A stretch of DNA of 64,000 bases from Malacoraja senta (taxonomy: Eukaryota). The translations under genes were made by a program, and so were the position numbers. How positions within the stretch are numbered: the first letter of the stretch is position 1; each line of letters opens with the position of its first letter. The stretch lies in assembly GCA_038087875.1 (NCBI GenBank), contig JAXLNO010000061.1, positions 1 to 64,000 on the forward strand, given 5' to 3'. Shown here one piece after another: positions 48,961 through 62,200 of the stretch. A model generated the notes under the pieces. That model saw nothing but the letters and a program-made list of their open reading frames with translations. It ran no database searches and was not told the origin of the DNA.

Positions 48961-49146
48961 GTTGGCGCCATGTTGGACTAACAGACGTGCACCTAGCTTT
49001 TCTCCCGAAAAACTTCACAATTTATCGTGTAAAACGGGTCCAGAAATCGTGATTGTATTTAAAAACCCTACCGGAGCTTCTGGTCGCCGCGCTGATGACG
49101 TCATCCTTAAGCGCGATGTTTTAAACGGTGGTTTAAAGCCCTTTAA

Positions 49147-50253
49147 ATGAGTAAACTGCCTCCAGCTGTGAGCAGTCAGAGAACAGTGAAAAAGCTGCTG
49201 AGAGACCAGAAGAAGTCTGAAGCAGAAGTTACCTCTGAAGTCTCTGAAGTGGCTGCAGAAATGGATACAAGAGCAAAGAAAGAGTTTGATGACTTGAAGA
49301 AATCAGTGAAAAATATGAAAGATGAGATTTTGGATGAAAATAAAATTATGATGGAAAATATGAAGGAAAATATGGTAAATATGATGGAAAAAATGGTGGA
49401 AAAAATGGAAAAGATGATGAAGGATTTAAATGCTGGTAATCAGAAGGCTATGGATGCTAACAATCAGAAGGTGATTGATTCACTGGACATTATGAATAAA
49501 CGAATTGAGGATGTGAAAGATGGACTATCGGAGAGAATGTACAAGATGGATGAAACTACTACGGACAGGTTCACGGCTGTGCTTGAAACAGTAGCTGCAA
49601 GTATGCGCACAATTACAGAATTGGAGAAACACACGGCTCGAGTGGTTGAAGACATGGCGAAAATGAGGCAAGAACATGAGCAAATGAGGCGAGAAAATGA
49701 ACAAACTTCACTACAGATGGTGACTCAACTTAGTAAAGTTTCAGAAAAATGCCTGGACCTGGAAGCTCGCTCTAGACGTCAGAATTTGAGAATTCCTGGA
49801 GTCTCAGAGGGAGCCGAGGGGGAGGATGTGCGTGAGTTTGCCATGGGCTTGCTTAAACAACTGCTTAATCTTTCCAATGAACCGAAAATCGAAGTGGCTC
49901 ATCGTGTCCCAAGATTTAGACAAAGATCTGGTGCGGGAAAAACTTATCCACGACATATTATTGTGAAATTTCGGGATATTTTAGAACTGGAAGATGTTAT
50001 GAGCAAAATCAAACACGGTATGCAACTGCGGCTGGACAATGACACTATCAAGATATTCAGGGACTACCCGTATGAAATTGTGCAAAAAAGAAACAAATTC
50101 GAGAAGGTTAAGGATCTTTTAAGAGGGAGAGAAGGGATCAGATATGGAGTTTTTTATCCAGCGAAAATGCATATTTCCTTCAAGGGTTCTGAAAAGTCAT
50201 TTGTTAAGCCTGAAGACGCGTTTAAATATGCCCAAACTATCGTTGAAAAATAG
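49147..50253 (+). CDS. L1 ORF1p (coiled coil, RRM, CTD), intact 368 aa
   Basis: LEARSRRQNLRIPGVSEG, IEVAHRV, PRHIIVKF, IFRDYP, YPAKM. Confidence 0.92.
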   Translation: MSKLPPAVSSQRTVKKLLRDQKKSEAEVTSEVSEVAAEMDTRAKKEFDDLKKSVKNMKDEILDENKIMMENMKENMVNMMEKMVEKMEKMMKDLNAGNQKAMDANNQKVIDSLDIMNKRIEDVKDGLSERMYKMDETTTDRFTAVLETVAASMRTITELEKHTARVVEDMAKMRQEHEQMRRENEQTSLQMVTQLSKVSEKCLDLEARSRRQNLRIPGVSEGAEGEDVREFAMGLLKQLLNLSNEPKIEVAHRVPRFRQRSGAGKTYPRHIIVKFRDILELEDVMSKIKHGMQLRLDNDTIKIFRDYPYEIVQKRNKFEKVKDLLRGREGIRYGVFYPAKMHISFKGSEKSFVKPEDAFKYAQTIVEK

Positions 50254-50431
50254 AAATCAAATGGGGATTTGGCAGACCTCAACCATTCTAAGCAATGCTT
50301 TGTCTGGGGATAGCTAGACTGTTATCTTTGGAATGTTGAATCAAGGACACTTTCTGTTCAAAACGAGTAAACAGCTGAACAGACGGGAATGGTATATACC
50401 AGAAGCATTTACTTGTTTATTAGATTATAAT

Positions 50432-51405
50432 ATTAGAGATTAGAGATTAGAGATTCCTTTATTTGTCATTCAGACCTTTCGGTCTGAACGAAATTTCGTT
50501 GCCTGCAGTCATACATATAATAATAAATGACAAAACACACAATAAACACAAATTAACATCCACCACAGTGAGTTCACCAGGCACCTCCTCACTGTGATGG
50601 AGGCAAAAGTCTTAAAGTCTCTGTCTCTTCCCGCTTTGTTCTCCCTCTGCGCTGAGGCGATCCAGGCTTCTGAAGCTGTGACCCCGCCGGGCGACGGTAA
50701 GCCAGTCCCGCGGCAGAATCCGTGCTCCGCGACGGGCCGGCTCAAACTCCGCGGCCCGGGGTGGTCGAAGCTGCCGACGCTGCCGCCCTCCAGTCCAGCG
50801 GACGCAGCTGTAGTTGCGGGAGCCCCAGAAAAACAGGTCACCAACCTGTGACCTGCGCGCTCCCGACGATGTCGTCCACTGGGCCCGCGGCCGAGCCTCC
50901 GGATTCAGGTCGCCACCAGTGTCCTCGGACGCCACCGCCGGAACGCCACCGCAGCCCCGAAGCTGGCCAGCCTCGCGCTCCCGAAGATGTCGTCCACTGG
51001 GCCAGCTGCGGCCGAGCCTCCGGATTCAGGTCGCCACCAGTGTCCTCGGACGCCACCGCCGGAACGCCACCGCAGCCCCGAAGTTGGCCAGCCCCGCGCT
51101 GGTAAGTCCTGGCTCTGCCTCCGGAGCCTCGAGGTCGTCGGTCGCTTGCAGTTGGAGTTGGAGGCCGGCAGCTCCGCCATTTTGGCCTCAGCGCAGACGG
51201 AGGCAGAGAAGGGGGATACGACAAGTAAAAGTCGCATTCCCCCGAAGGAAGAGACAAAAGTCATGTTTCACCCCCCCCACCCCACACCTACACAACCCAA
51301 TAAACTAAAATTTAACTAAAACAGGACAAAAGAAAACAACAAAAAAGTAAAAACAGACGGACTGCAGGCGAGCCGCTGCTGTACGACAGCGCCGCCACTT
51401 CCGGA
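50432..51405 (-). mobile_element. Non-autonomous GC-rich retroelement in the L1-B spacer
   Basis: 5' end ccggaagtggcggcg..gcctgcagtccgtctg. 3' end gaaatttcgttcagacc..gaatgacaaataaa plus (ctctaat)n. Internal ~120-bp duplication. Confidence 0.75.
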
Positions 51406-52064
51406 ATTAAAACCAATTGTAAGAACTTATCCTATTAACAACTTAATAAGTTATGCATGTTAGATTAGAATACTAACAAAAATAAAAATAAAAAATAACG
51501 AACTAACATACTAATATGAATTTTTAATAAATTGAAACCTTATCTATAAGTGGGAGGAGGGGATGAGAAACGAGCACCTGGCTTAGGCCCAGGGGCACGT
51601 CTCGTTAACCCCTTCAACCAACAGTTGATTCTTATTGAATTCAAAAGTATCGGTTTAATAATTAGTAGCTATTACGATATATATATGATATGTTATAATG
51701 AAATATATAGCGTAAAATTGTATTATATATCTGAATGTGAGGCCCCGTTTTAATATTTTAATATGTTATGATTAACCAAGAGAGCGGAGCTATTTGTTTA
51801 ACAACACAATGGAAGTCAAAACAAGGTTTTTTCCCACCTACAGGTGGGACACTCGCTACAGTGCCGACTATATCAGACACTGTATTTTCACTTTTATAGT
51901 TTTTTTTTTATTACCACAGAAACTCACATGTTTGTGTTTTGTGTTTAGTGATAAGCGTAAAATGGATATACCAACAAAACTTTAAAATTCAAAAGTTCCC
52001 CCAATACCCAAAGACCTGGGATATGGATGCACCACAAGATTTAAAGGTACTATAATTATTCAAA

Positions 52065-55000
52065 ATGCATGACACCAAACAAAAGAACCTAGGAGGAATC
52101 TCATTTTGTAGTTGGAATATAAGAGGTATTAACAAACCTATTAAAAGGGGTAAGATACTAGCTCAGCTGAAACTGTACAACTCTGACATTATCTTCTTAC
52201 AAGAAACACACTTAAAATCTCAGGATCAAGTTAGGTTGAGGGCGAAATGGATAGGTCAAACATACCATTCTTCATTCACTTCGAAATCTAGAGGCACGTC
52301 AATCATTATAAGAAAAGGTATACCATTTAAAGCAAAGAATATCATAACAGATATAGAAGGGAGATACTTAATAGTTAATGGAGAAATTCATGATACTCCA
52401 CTTACCTTGGTAAATATATATGCCCCTAACTTTGACAACCCCCACTTTTTCTATAAAATTTTCAACATAATTGCAGAGTTTAACTATCAAAATGTTATAA
52501 TAGGAGGAGACTTTAACTGTGTTTTAGATCCGTACTTAGATAAATCAAGCCAAAAACAGAGAGGGAATATGAAATCGAAAACCGGGGAACTTCTCAATAC
52601 TTATATAAACAATACTAATATAGCAGATGTTTGGAGAATTGTTAATCCAACTGGCAGGGAATACTCGTTTTATTCAATGGTACATAAGACATACTCACAT
52701 ATAGATTACTTCCTGCTGGATACAAAATTTATCCCTCAAACATTTAACACAACATACCACACAAATTCGATTTCAGACCATTCTCCACTAACTTTCTTTT
52801 TAAAACTGGAAGGAATGTTTAAGAATAAATCGTTTTGGAGATTTAATTCTCAAATTCTAAAAGATCCAGAAGCGAGTATATATTTAAAAGAACAAATGGA
52901 GGCCTTTTTTCAAATAAATGATACTCCAGATATATCGTCTACTGTATTATGGGAATCTTTTAAAGCATACATTAGGGGTATTATAATTTCATATCAAGCT
53001 TTTCAAAATAAAAAGAATAAGAATGAACAAAGACAGTTAGAAGGACTTATTAGACAAATGGATATAGATAATGCTAAAGATCCATCAATAGATAAACATA
53101 ATAAAATAATAATTTTGAAATTTAAATTAAATAAATTATTATCTGCCAAACTTATAAGACTTTTTCAAATTACAAAACAAGAGCACTTTGAATTTGGGGA
53201 TAAACCGCATAAACGTTTGGCTCGCCAGCTAAAAAACGAGAAAAGGAACATACTATACCAAAGATTAAATCAGATAAAGAGGAATTATTAACAACACCGA
53301 AGAATATTAATAAAAGATTTGCGCAATTTTATGAGAATTTGTATACATCTAAAACGACAATTGATTCCAATAATATCACAACGTTTTTGGATAATTGTAA
53401 TCTTCCAAAGTTAGAGCTGAAGGAACAAGAGGAATTAGGTGCACAAATTTCAATTAAGGAATTAGAAGATACAATAAACTCACTAAAGAATGGAAAAACA
53501 CCAGGCCCTGATGGATTTACTAATGAATTTTATAAAAGCTTTTATGATAAAATAATACCAAGATTACAAAAAATGTATCAATATGCTTTTAAAAAACAAA
53601 TACTACCTGATACATTAGTGGAATCAACGATTACACTAATACCTAAGAAAGACAAAGATTTAGAAGAACCGGGTTCATATAGAGCTATAGCATTGTTAAA
53701 CACAGATCAAAAAATATTAGCGAAAAAATTAGCTGGAAGATTAAGTAAATACATTAGTAAATTAATAAACCTAGATCAGACGGGGTTTATCCCTAAGAGA
53801 TACTCATCTAACAATATGAGACGTTTACTCAACATAATGCACTCACACAAATCTGAAGATCAAGAATTATCAATTATTTCGCTGGATGCTGAAAAAGCAT
53901 TTGACCAAGTAGAATGGAATTATATGGATAAAGTATTACAAAAATTCCAACTGGGAGAGAATTTTATTCTATGGATCAAGTTACTATATAATAAACCTAC
54001 AGCTAGAATACTAACTAATAACATATTATCCTCAAAATTCCAACTATCAAGGGGAAATAGACAAGGATGCCCATTATCACCACAGCTGTTTGCTCTCATT
54101 ATTGAACCGTTAGCAGAAAAAATTAGAATACACCCTGATATCCATGGATATAATACTAAAGACTCATATAATAAAATATCTTTATACGCGGATGATATAT
54201 TACTGTACATTACAAAACCTCAAATCACTATACCAAATATATTAAATTTAATTGAAGAGTTTGGATCTTTTTCTGGATATAGAATAAATTGGAACAAAAG
54301 TGAAATTATGTCAATAAAACCGAAAGATTCAACACATCTTTTAAAATTCCCTTTTAAAATAGCTACAGAAAAATTTAAATACTTGGGAATCGAAATTACT
54401 AGAACATATCAAGGTATGTTTAAGGCAAATTTTGATCCCCTACTTAATAAATTAAACACACTAATTAAATTCTGGAAAATGCTCCCGATGTCTTTAATAG
54501 GCCGAATAAATGCAATAAAAATGATCTTTCTACCACAAATTTTATACCTATTTCAATCGATTCCTATATACTTACCAAAGAAGTTAAAAAAAAAACTCGA
54601 CTCAGATATCACTAATTTTATATGGGACTATAAATCACATAGAATACAAAAAACTCATCTGAATAAACCTAAAGTATTAGGGGGTTTAGCACTACCTAAT
54701 TTTATGTATTATTATTGGTCAGTAAATATTAAAAATATGATTCAACTGATGGATAACTCCGCCCAGCAAGTGGACTGGATTGTAATGGAGAAAGAGGATT
54801 GCTCCTCTGGAAACATTGGAGCGATCCTCCTCTCTCCAATGAAACTGAATAATATAAATTATAATAAGAACCCAATTATTCATAGTACAATCCGAATTTG
54901 GAAACAAATAAAACAGAGTTTAAAATTAAGAAATTTATCACTTTTATTACCCATAGTTAATAACCCTTCGTTTAATCCCTCTATTATAGATAAAGCTTTT

Positions 55001-55855
55001 ACACATTGGGATAGACTAGGAATTAAAACGCTCGGTGACTTGTATGAAACTGGAAAATTACTTTCATTTCAACAATTACAAATAAAATATAAACTCGGAA
55101 ATAATCAATATTTTAAATATTTTCAAATATGCGACTATTTGAAAAAATATACAAAAGATCATTATAATAACCCAGCAGATGTATTGGATGAGACAATGCA
55201 GATAAAAGCTGAATCAGCAAACTTAATATCATATTTGTATAATATTATCTTAAATGTACAAATACCATCTACGGAGTGTATCAGAAGAGACTGGGAACAA
55301 GAGTTAGCTATTAAAATTTCAAAGGAAAGTTGGAATGAACACTTATTAAACGTGCATAAATGTTCGATTAATGTAAGACACACTTTAATACAATTTAAAA
55401 TTTTACATAGATTATATTATTCCAAAACTAAAATTCATAAAATGTTCCCAAATGTATCATCTATTTGTGATAAATGTCAATCCCAAGAAGCTACTATAGC
55501 GCACTCATTCGTTTTCTGTACAAAAATTCAAAAATTTTGGAATGAAATTTTCAAAATCTTTACAAAATTATTTAAAATAAGACTGATACCCAAAGCAGAA
55601 TGCATTACCTTCGGAATAACAGAAGATGGTCCAGAACTAAATGTGTTTCAAAAGAAACTAATAGACTATGGGTTAATAACTGGAAAAAAGCTAATTCTAA
55701 AATTTTGGAAGAAGGCTCCAATACCAACTATAAACATGTGGATTTCAAATATGTTCGAAACATTACACCTAGAAGAGATAAGACTCCTCCTAGCAGGTAA
55801 ACCAGATCACTTCCACCTGACGTGGTCTGCATTTATAGAATTATTACAAATATAG
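52065..55855 (+). pseudogene. L1 ORF2p (APE, RT, C-terminal Cys motif) with a single -1 frameshift in an A-run
   Basis: ORFs 52065..53291 and 53339..55855 join if one A is added at 53231-53236. Motifs LDAEKAFD, RQGCPLSP, YADD, CDKC..H...C. Confidence 0.9.
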
Positions 55856-56260
55856 GGTGCAAAGGTACCTTAAAAAAAACTGAGGTCAGGTAAGGGGGGA
55901 TGATAGTTGAAGAGTTGGTATGTCCCATTTGTGTAATGCTCATAAAAAATATTTGTTTCTCTCTTTTTCCTCTTACTCTTTTTCCTTCTTTTCTAGGGTC
56001 TATTTCTTAACTCTTTTTCTTTTGTTTTTAATTTTGTTCTTATAGGGTCTTCGTCCTTTTTTGTTGTCACATTTTCTACACTCTCACTTTTTCCTTCACT
56101 TTCTTCTTTCTTTCAATCTTATTTTTTCCTTTTACTAGTGTAAAAAACAAATGGAGTACATTAATTGTAAGAAGACATAAGTGACGAGTACTAATGTATG
56201 TGGTTGTAATGTAATGTACTTCTAATAAATAAAAAAAAAAATTAAAAAAATTTAAAAAAG

Positions 56261-59200
56261 GATATCGGTGAGTGACTTAAAAAATGAACTTTTGGCATGT
56301 AATAAAAGTATAATGGAGAGCATGATGGAGAACATGAATACTGGGAATCAGAAAGTAATTGATTCAATCGGCAATATAAATAAACAAATTGACGATGTGC
56401 ATGGTGAATTATCTTTGAAAATTGATAAGGTGGAAGAAGATTGTACTAATAAGCTGGATGCAGTCCACCAAACTGTTACAACATGTTGTACTACCATGAA
56501 AGATATGGAAATGGCAATGTTACAAATGGCTGAAGAAATGCAGAAAATTAAGAAGGATTATGTATGTGTCGTGGGTCAGCTGGCTAAAACGTCGGATAAA
56601 TGCCTTGATTTGGAAGCACGGTCAAGACGGCAGAATTTAAGAATAGTTGGAGTGACAGAAGGAGCGGAGGGGAATGAGCCCCGAGAGTACACTGCCAACT
56701 TACTTAAACATATATTTGACCTGCCAGCTAACCTGAAAATAGAAGTGGCACACCGGGTGAAACGGGAAAAATCAAAGGCACAAACAGGAGGAGCTCCCCC
56801 ATGACAGATCATTGTGAAATTTTGAGACATTTCAGCTTTGGAAGAGGCCATGAGAAAAATTCAATATGGAAAGATTATGAAGTTTGGGACGGACACTATC
56901 AAACTTTTTAGAGACTACCCTTATGAAATTGCTAAAATAACGAGAAGTGTTTAAAATTACACAACAGATCTTGAAAGGGCACAGGGAAATCAGATGTGGA
57001 ATAATTTATCCAGCTAAGATGATCATTACTTATAATGGTACCGAACGTAAGTTTAACGATCCAGAAGCTGCTTACAAATACGCTCAAGACATCTTAAAAG
57101 AAATAGATGCTTAAGTAAAACATCACATCCTCAAGATAAGGTTTTTATTCTACAGACAACGGCTGAGGGAAGGTCGATAGAAATAACTTTTTAAACTTTT
57201 AAAAAGGATTAAGATGGCGCAGCTTCTCCTTCTGCGGCTGTCTAGACACTCTTATCTCCTCAAGGTCATTTTCGGCTCCAACATGAGCGAAAGATGGAAT
57301 AACAAGGGCGTGGCTGAATGGAACCTAACGAAGACGTATTGGAAAAGAAAAATTCCTGAATGAAAGACTGTTAAAATTTTATCCCTACACTAATTCCATC
57401 CTAACACAAAAACTATTGAACTAATATAGTAATAGTAATTAAAGTTATTGAAATTAACACACTAACAGTAATAGTAATTGATTTAAAACTGAATTGCTTA
57501 ATTGATAAAATGTAATAATCCATTGACCCCCCCCGGGTAGGGGAGGAGGGGGGCTAAATATAAGGAAATAGATTTACAACAGACTAAAAAGTTAATTTAG
57601 AAATTATGATAGGCTGCAGTTCAAATTTTGAGTGGAAGGAGGTGAGGAGATTCAGAATCTTGGCAAACAGCCAGGTGCCTGAATCGGGTTAACGCCTTCC
57701 AACCAAAGGCAGGGGAAGAAAATGTAATAATTGTTAACATAAGTAAATGGTAGATAAGTTTGGAGATTAGAGTAGATTTATTTAGATATATAGATATGGT
57801 AGATACGGTAAGGCTGACACATAAAATCTGGCTTTGAATGGGTCCCAACTCCATTTTGTAAGATTATTCAAGGGGACAGAGCTAAATGTAGATTAACAAC
57901 TACAGAAGTCATTAATTGTGTAACTACCACCATTAGGTGGATAATTGGTTACAGTGTCGTCGTTTTAAACACTGTAACCTCACTTTTTTGATTTTTTTTA
58001 AATGTCACAATAATGTACACTTTTTTGTTTCTTTGCTTAAGGACAATTTTGAGAGGGATGTAATAACTGAATTTAATATTGCAAATGCTCGCCCAACAGC
58101 CAGAGACCTAAGGTATGGGTTGCACCACATGTTTAAAAGGCATTAAATAATTCAAAATGCAAGACGATAAACAAAATAAATTTGGAGGAATCACATTTTG
58201 CATTTGGAATATTAGGGCTGCTAATGCACCAATTAAAAGGGGTAAGATTTTTGCACAATTGAAGTCACTCAATACAGACATAATATTTCTACAAGAAACT
58301 CACTTGAAACTGCAAGCTCAAGCCAGATTGAAGGCAAACTGGATAGGCCAAACATACCAATCTTCATATATTTCCAAAGCTAGAGGCACAGCAATTATTA
58401 TTCGAAAAGGTATACCATTTAAATCGAAGAATATCATAACAGATAAGGAAGGGAGATACCTTATAGTTACCGGAGAGATTCATGCTACCCCAATTACCAT
58501 GGTAAATATTTATGCGCCTAATTTTGATAATCCTCAATTTTTTTATAAAATCTTGAATATAATTACAGAGTTCAATTATCAAAATGTGATAATTGGGGTA
58601 GATTTTAACTGTGTTTTAGATCCATATTTGGATAAATCTTCACAACAGAGCAGGGATAATACAAAATCTAAAACCAGGGAAATCTTAAATACTTATATAA
58701 AAAATACAAATATAACAGACGTTTGGAGGATCGCTAACCCTGTCGGAAGGGAATACCCGTTTTATTCAATGGTACATAAAACTTATTCACGTATCGACTA
58801 TTTTTTAGTGGATACAAAACTAATTCCCTATATATTGAATCCAAAATATCACAATAGTATAATTTCTGATCACTCCCCGTTAACTTTTTTTTTAAATTAG
58901 AAAGAATGCCTTCTAATAAATCGTTTTGGAGGTTTAATCCTCAAATCTTAAATGACCCACAAGGGGAAATATATTTAAAACAACAGATGGAACTTATTTT
59001 AAAGAATAATGACACCCAGAGACCTCACCAGTTCTACTATGGGGTGTAGTTTATTAGAGTTATTAGAGGATCTAAATATAAAGCAGTTATTAGAGGATCT
59101 ATAATCTCATACCAAGCTTTTTTTTAATAAAAGGAATAAGAAAGAACAAAGGCAGTTAGAAGAACGAATTAGAGAATTGGAATTAGATAATGCCAAAGAG

Positions 59201-62200
59201 CCTACTATAGACAAACATAATAAAATAACAATAATGAAATTTAAATTAAACAAAATATTATCAGCAAATGTTATTAGATTATTTCAAATTACAAAACAGG
59301 AAAATTTTGAATTTGGGGATAAACCACACAAACTTCTGGCTCGACAACTGAAAAAACGGGAAAAGGATCACATGATTTTAAAGATTAAATCAGATAAAGG
59401 GGAATTGTTAACACTACCTAAGGATATTAATAAAAGATTCGCCCAATTTTATCAAAACTTATATACATCTAAAGCGGTAGCAGAAAGTACCAAAGTTAGA
59501 GAGTTTCTGGATAATTGTAATCTCCCAAAACTCAATTTGAGTGAACAAGAGGAATTAGGTGCACAAGTCTCAACTAAGGAAATAGAAGAAACAATAAATA
59601 CATTAAAGAATGGAAAAATACCAGGACCAGATAGTTTTAGTAATGAATTTTATAAAAGATTTTACGAGATAATTACACCACGACTACACAAAATGTATAC
59701 ATATGCTTTTAAAGAACATACACTTCCAGAAACATTAGCGGAATCAACGATTACACTTATACCTAAAAAAGATAAAGATTTAGAAGATCCGGGTTCTTAT
59801 AGAGCTATTGCGCTGTTAAATACTGATCAAAAAATATTAGCGAAAACATTAGCTAGAAGATTAAGTAACTATGTTAGTAAATTAATAAATCCGGATCAAA
59901 CAGGGTTTATACCCAAGAGATACTCAAGCAATAACCTGAGACGTCTGTTTAATATAATGCACTCACATAAAACCGAAGAACAAGACTTATCAATTATTTC
60001 ACTGGACGCAGAAAAAGCATTTGATCAAGTGGAATGGGATTATATGGTCAAAGTACTGCAAAAATTTCAAGTGGGAGAGAATTTTATCGCTTGGGTAAAA
60101 TTATTATATGATATATAAAAGTTTTATTTCAGACACAGGTCCATAGAACACATCACACAGTATAAGGAGATACAAAAAGACATATAAAATTACATATTAG
60201 CCTATAAGATATACAAGCTATTGCACCAATGCCGTCTTAGCCTAGAAGTGAATCTATAGCAGCTTTTCAGAGGGCTGACTAGGGCTTCAATTATGTGGTT
60301 CTCTGACTTATCCAGGCGACACATAAAACTAAACATCAGCTGTCTTAAGAGTGCCTCACAGGTTGGCACTCTAGTGGACACAAACAATTGACTGGCACTA
60401 TGCCATCTAGGGACACGAAGTAGCAACCTCATTGCATCATTGTATGCTACCTTGCGCCTCTGCATACTCTTTTTCTTATAATTAGACCACAATTGAGCAG
60501 TATATAACGGTGTGATGTAGGTTCTGAACAGTGAACACTTCACAGAGTCAGAGCACATAGAAAACTTCCTTATAAGCATGTTAGCTTGAAGATTAAATTT
60601 TACAGCGCTGTCTTTGTCATCCGTCCAGTCATCGGATATGACATGACCTAGGTATTTAATTTCCTCACACACAGCAAGAGGACTATCTGACAAATAAAAA
60701 GTCGGAAAAGTTGATTTCCTGTCCTCAGCGCTTCTAACTATCATTATGCGGCTTTTCTTAGCGTTATACTTTATGTCATAATCAAGGCCATACTGAGAGC
60801 ACACCTTCAGCATCTGCTGCAGCCCAACACTATATGGACAGAGCAGGACCAGGTCGTCTGCATACATAAGATGATTAACAATAGTGTTGCCCACAAGACA
60901 GCCAGTTTTTAACCTATTTAACTGATTTGGCAATTCATCCATATAAACATTAAATAAAATAGGAGACAAAATTCCTCCTTGCCGCACTCCGTTACTAACA
61001 CAGAATGGAGCAGATACAACATTGTCCCATTTAACCTGAAACGTTTGATTGGCATACCAAAACACTAAAATTCTCACTAAGAATTTAGGGGCACCTCTAT
61101 CTAGCAATTTTACAAACAATTGTTCATGATTAATTCTATCAAATGCCTTGGACGCATCAATAAAACATAAAAATACAGATGAATTCAGGCTTGTGTACCT
61201 GAACACAATCTCTTTAAGAGCCTAGATACACAGGTCAGTTCCATGTTTTCTTTTGAACCCAAACTGCTTGTCAGTAGTAAGGACATACATTTCTAGCTTT
61301 GTCAACAGTATTCTCTCCAGTACTTTAGATAAGATACTGGCTAATGCAATAGGTCGGTAATTACCAATACTGTTGAGCTTACCAGCCTTATCTTTAAGCA
61401 CAGGCACTAACATTACAGACATAATAGCATTTGGCAGGACACCATGAACCAGACAACCATTAAAGCACATGGAAAGCAAAGGGCAGAGCTTATAGCTGGC
61501 ATATTTTAGATGTTCTGCAGTAATGCAGTCCATACCGCAGGCTTTGTTGTTATGCAACATGTTAATGGCATCATAGACATCTGCTGCCCTAACTACCATA
61601 TCTACAGAGAGATCAATATGTTCATGATTGATTCTAACTGGGTTACTTTTAACACAGTTAAAAAGGTTACGGTAGTGCTCACGCCAACTCTCAGCTATAT
61701 TTTCTGGGCTACTAACACCTTCAATGTCAGACGGTAAGGGTGTTTTACTGTTATTCATTACTTTGACCTCTTTCCAGAAGTTAGTAAGGTTGTTATTCTG
61801 TAGCTTCCTGGCAAGCGAGTCTGCTCTCATTGTGTTTTCATTTTTCTTAATAAAACGAAGTGCATACTTAACTCTAGCATTTGTGCGTTTTTTCATATCT
61901 AGCAATACCCCCTGTCTAGGCCTACCTGCCTCTGACCAGAGTCTAAAGGCCTCTCTAGCCTCAGCATACTGCTCAGCCACAAACTCATTCCACCCAGGTC
62001 TGATGTTGGATACCTTACATTTTCTTTTACAAAAGGGATCACTGGAAGCATTGAGACATTTCACAATAACATCATACATGGCACAGAGTTTTTCAGCATG
62101 TTGCACGTCCTTACAATTCATATCTGAGCACATTAGGGCCTCTTGAGGCAATGCAATATTATTTAAAAAACTGTCCGTTCGCAGTGAGTATCCAGCCATA

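Larger units (their letters stand above)
48961..56258 (+). mobile_element. Full-length L1 family B
   Basis: 5'UTR, ORF1, spacer, ORF2, T-rich 3'UTR, aataaa and polyA. Confidence 0.95.

Noticed and set aside
48302..49150. ORF2-to-ORF1 read-through protein
   Set aside because: Junction artefact of L1-B inserted into L1-A ORF2 at 48960.
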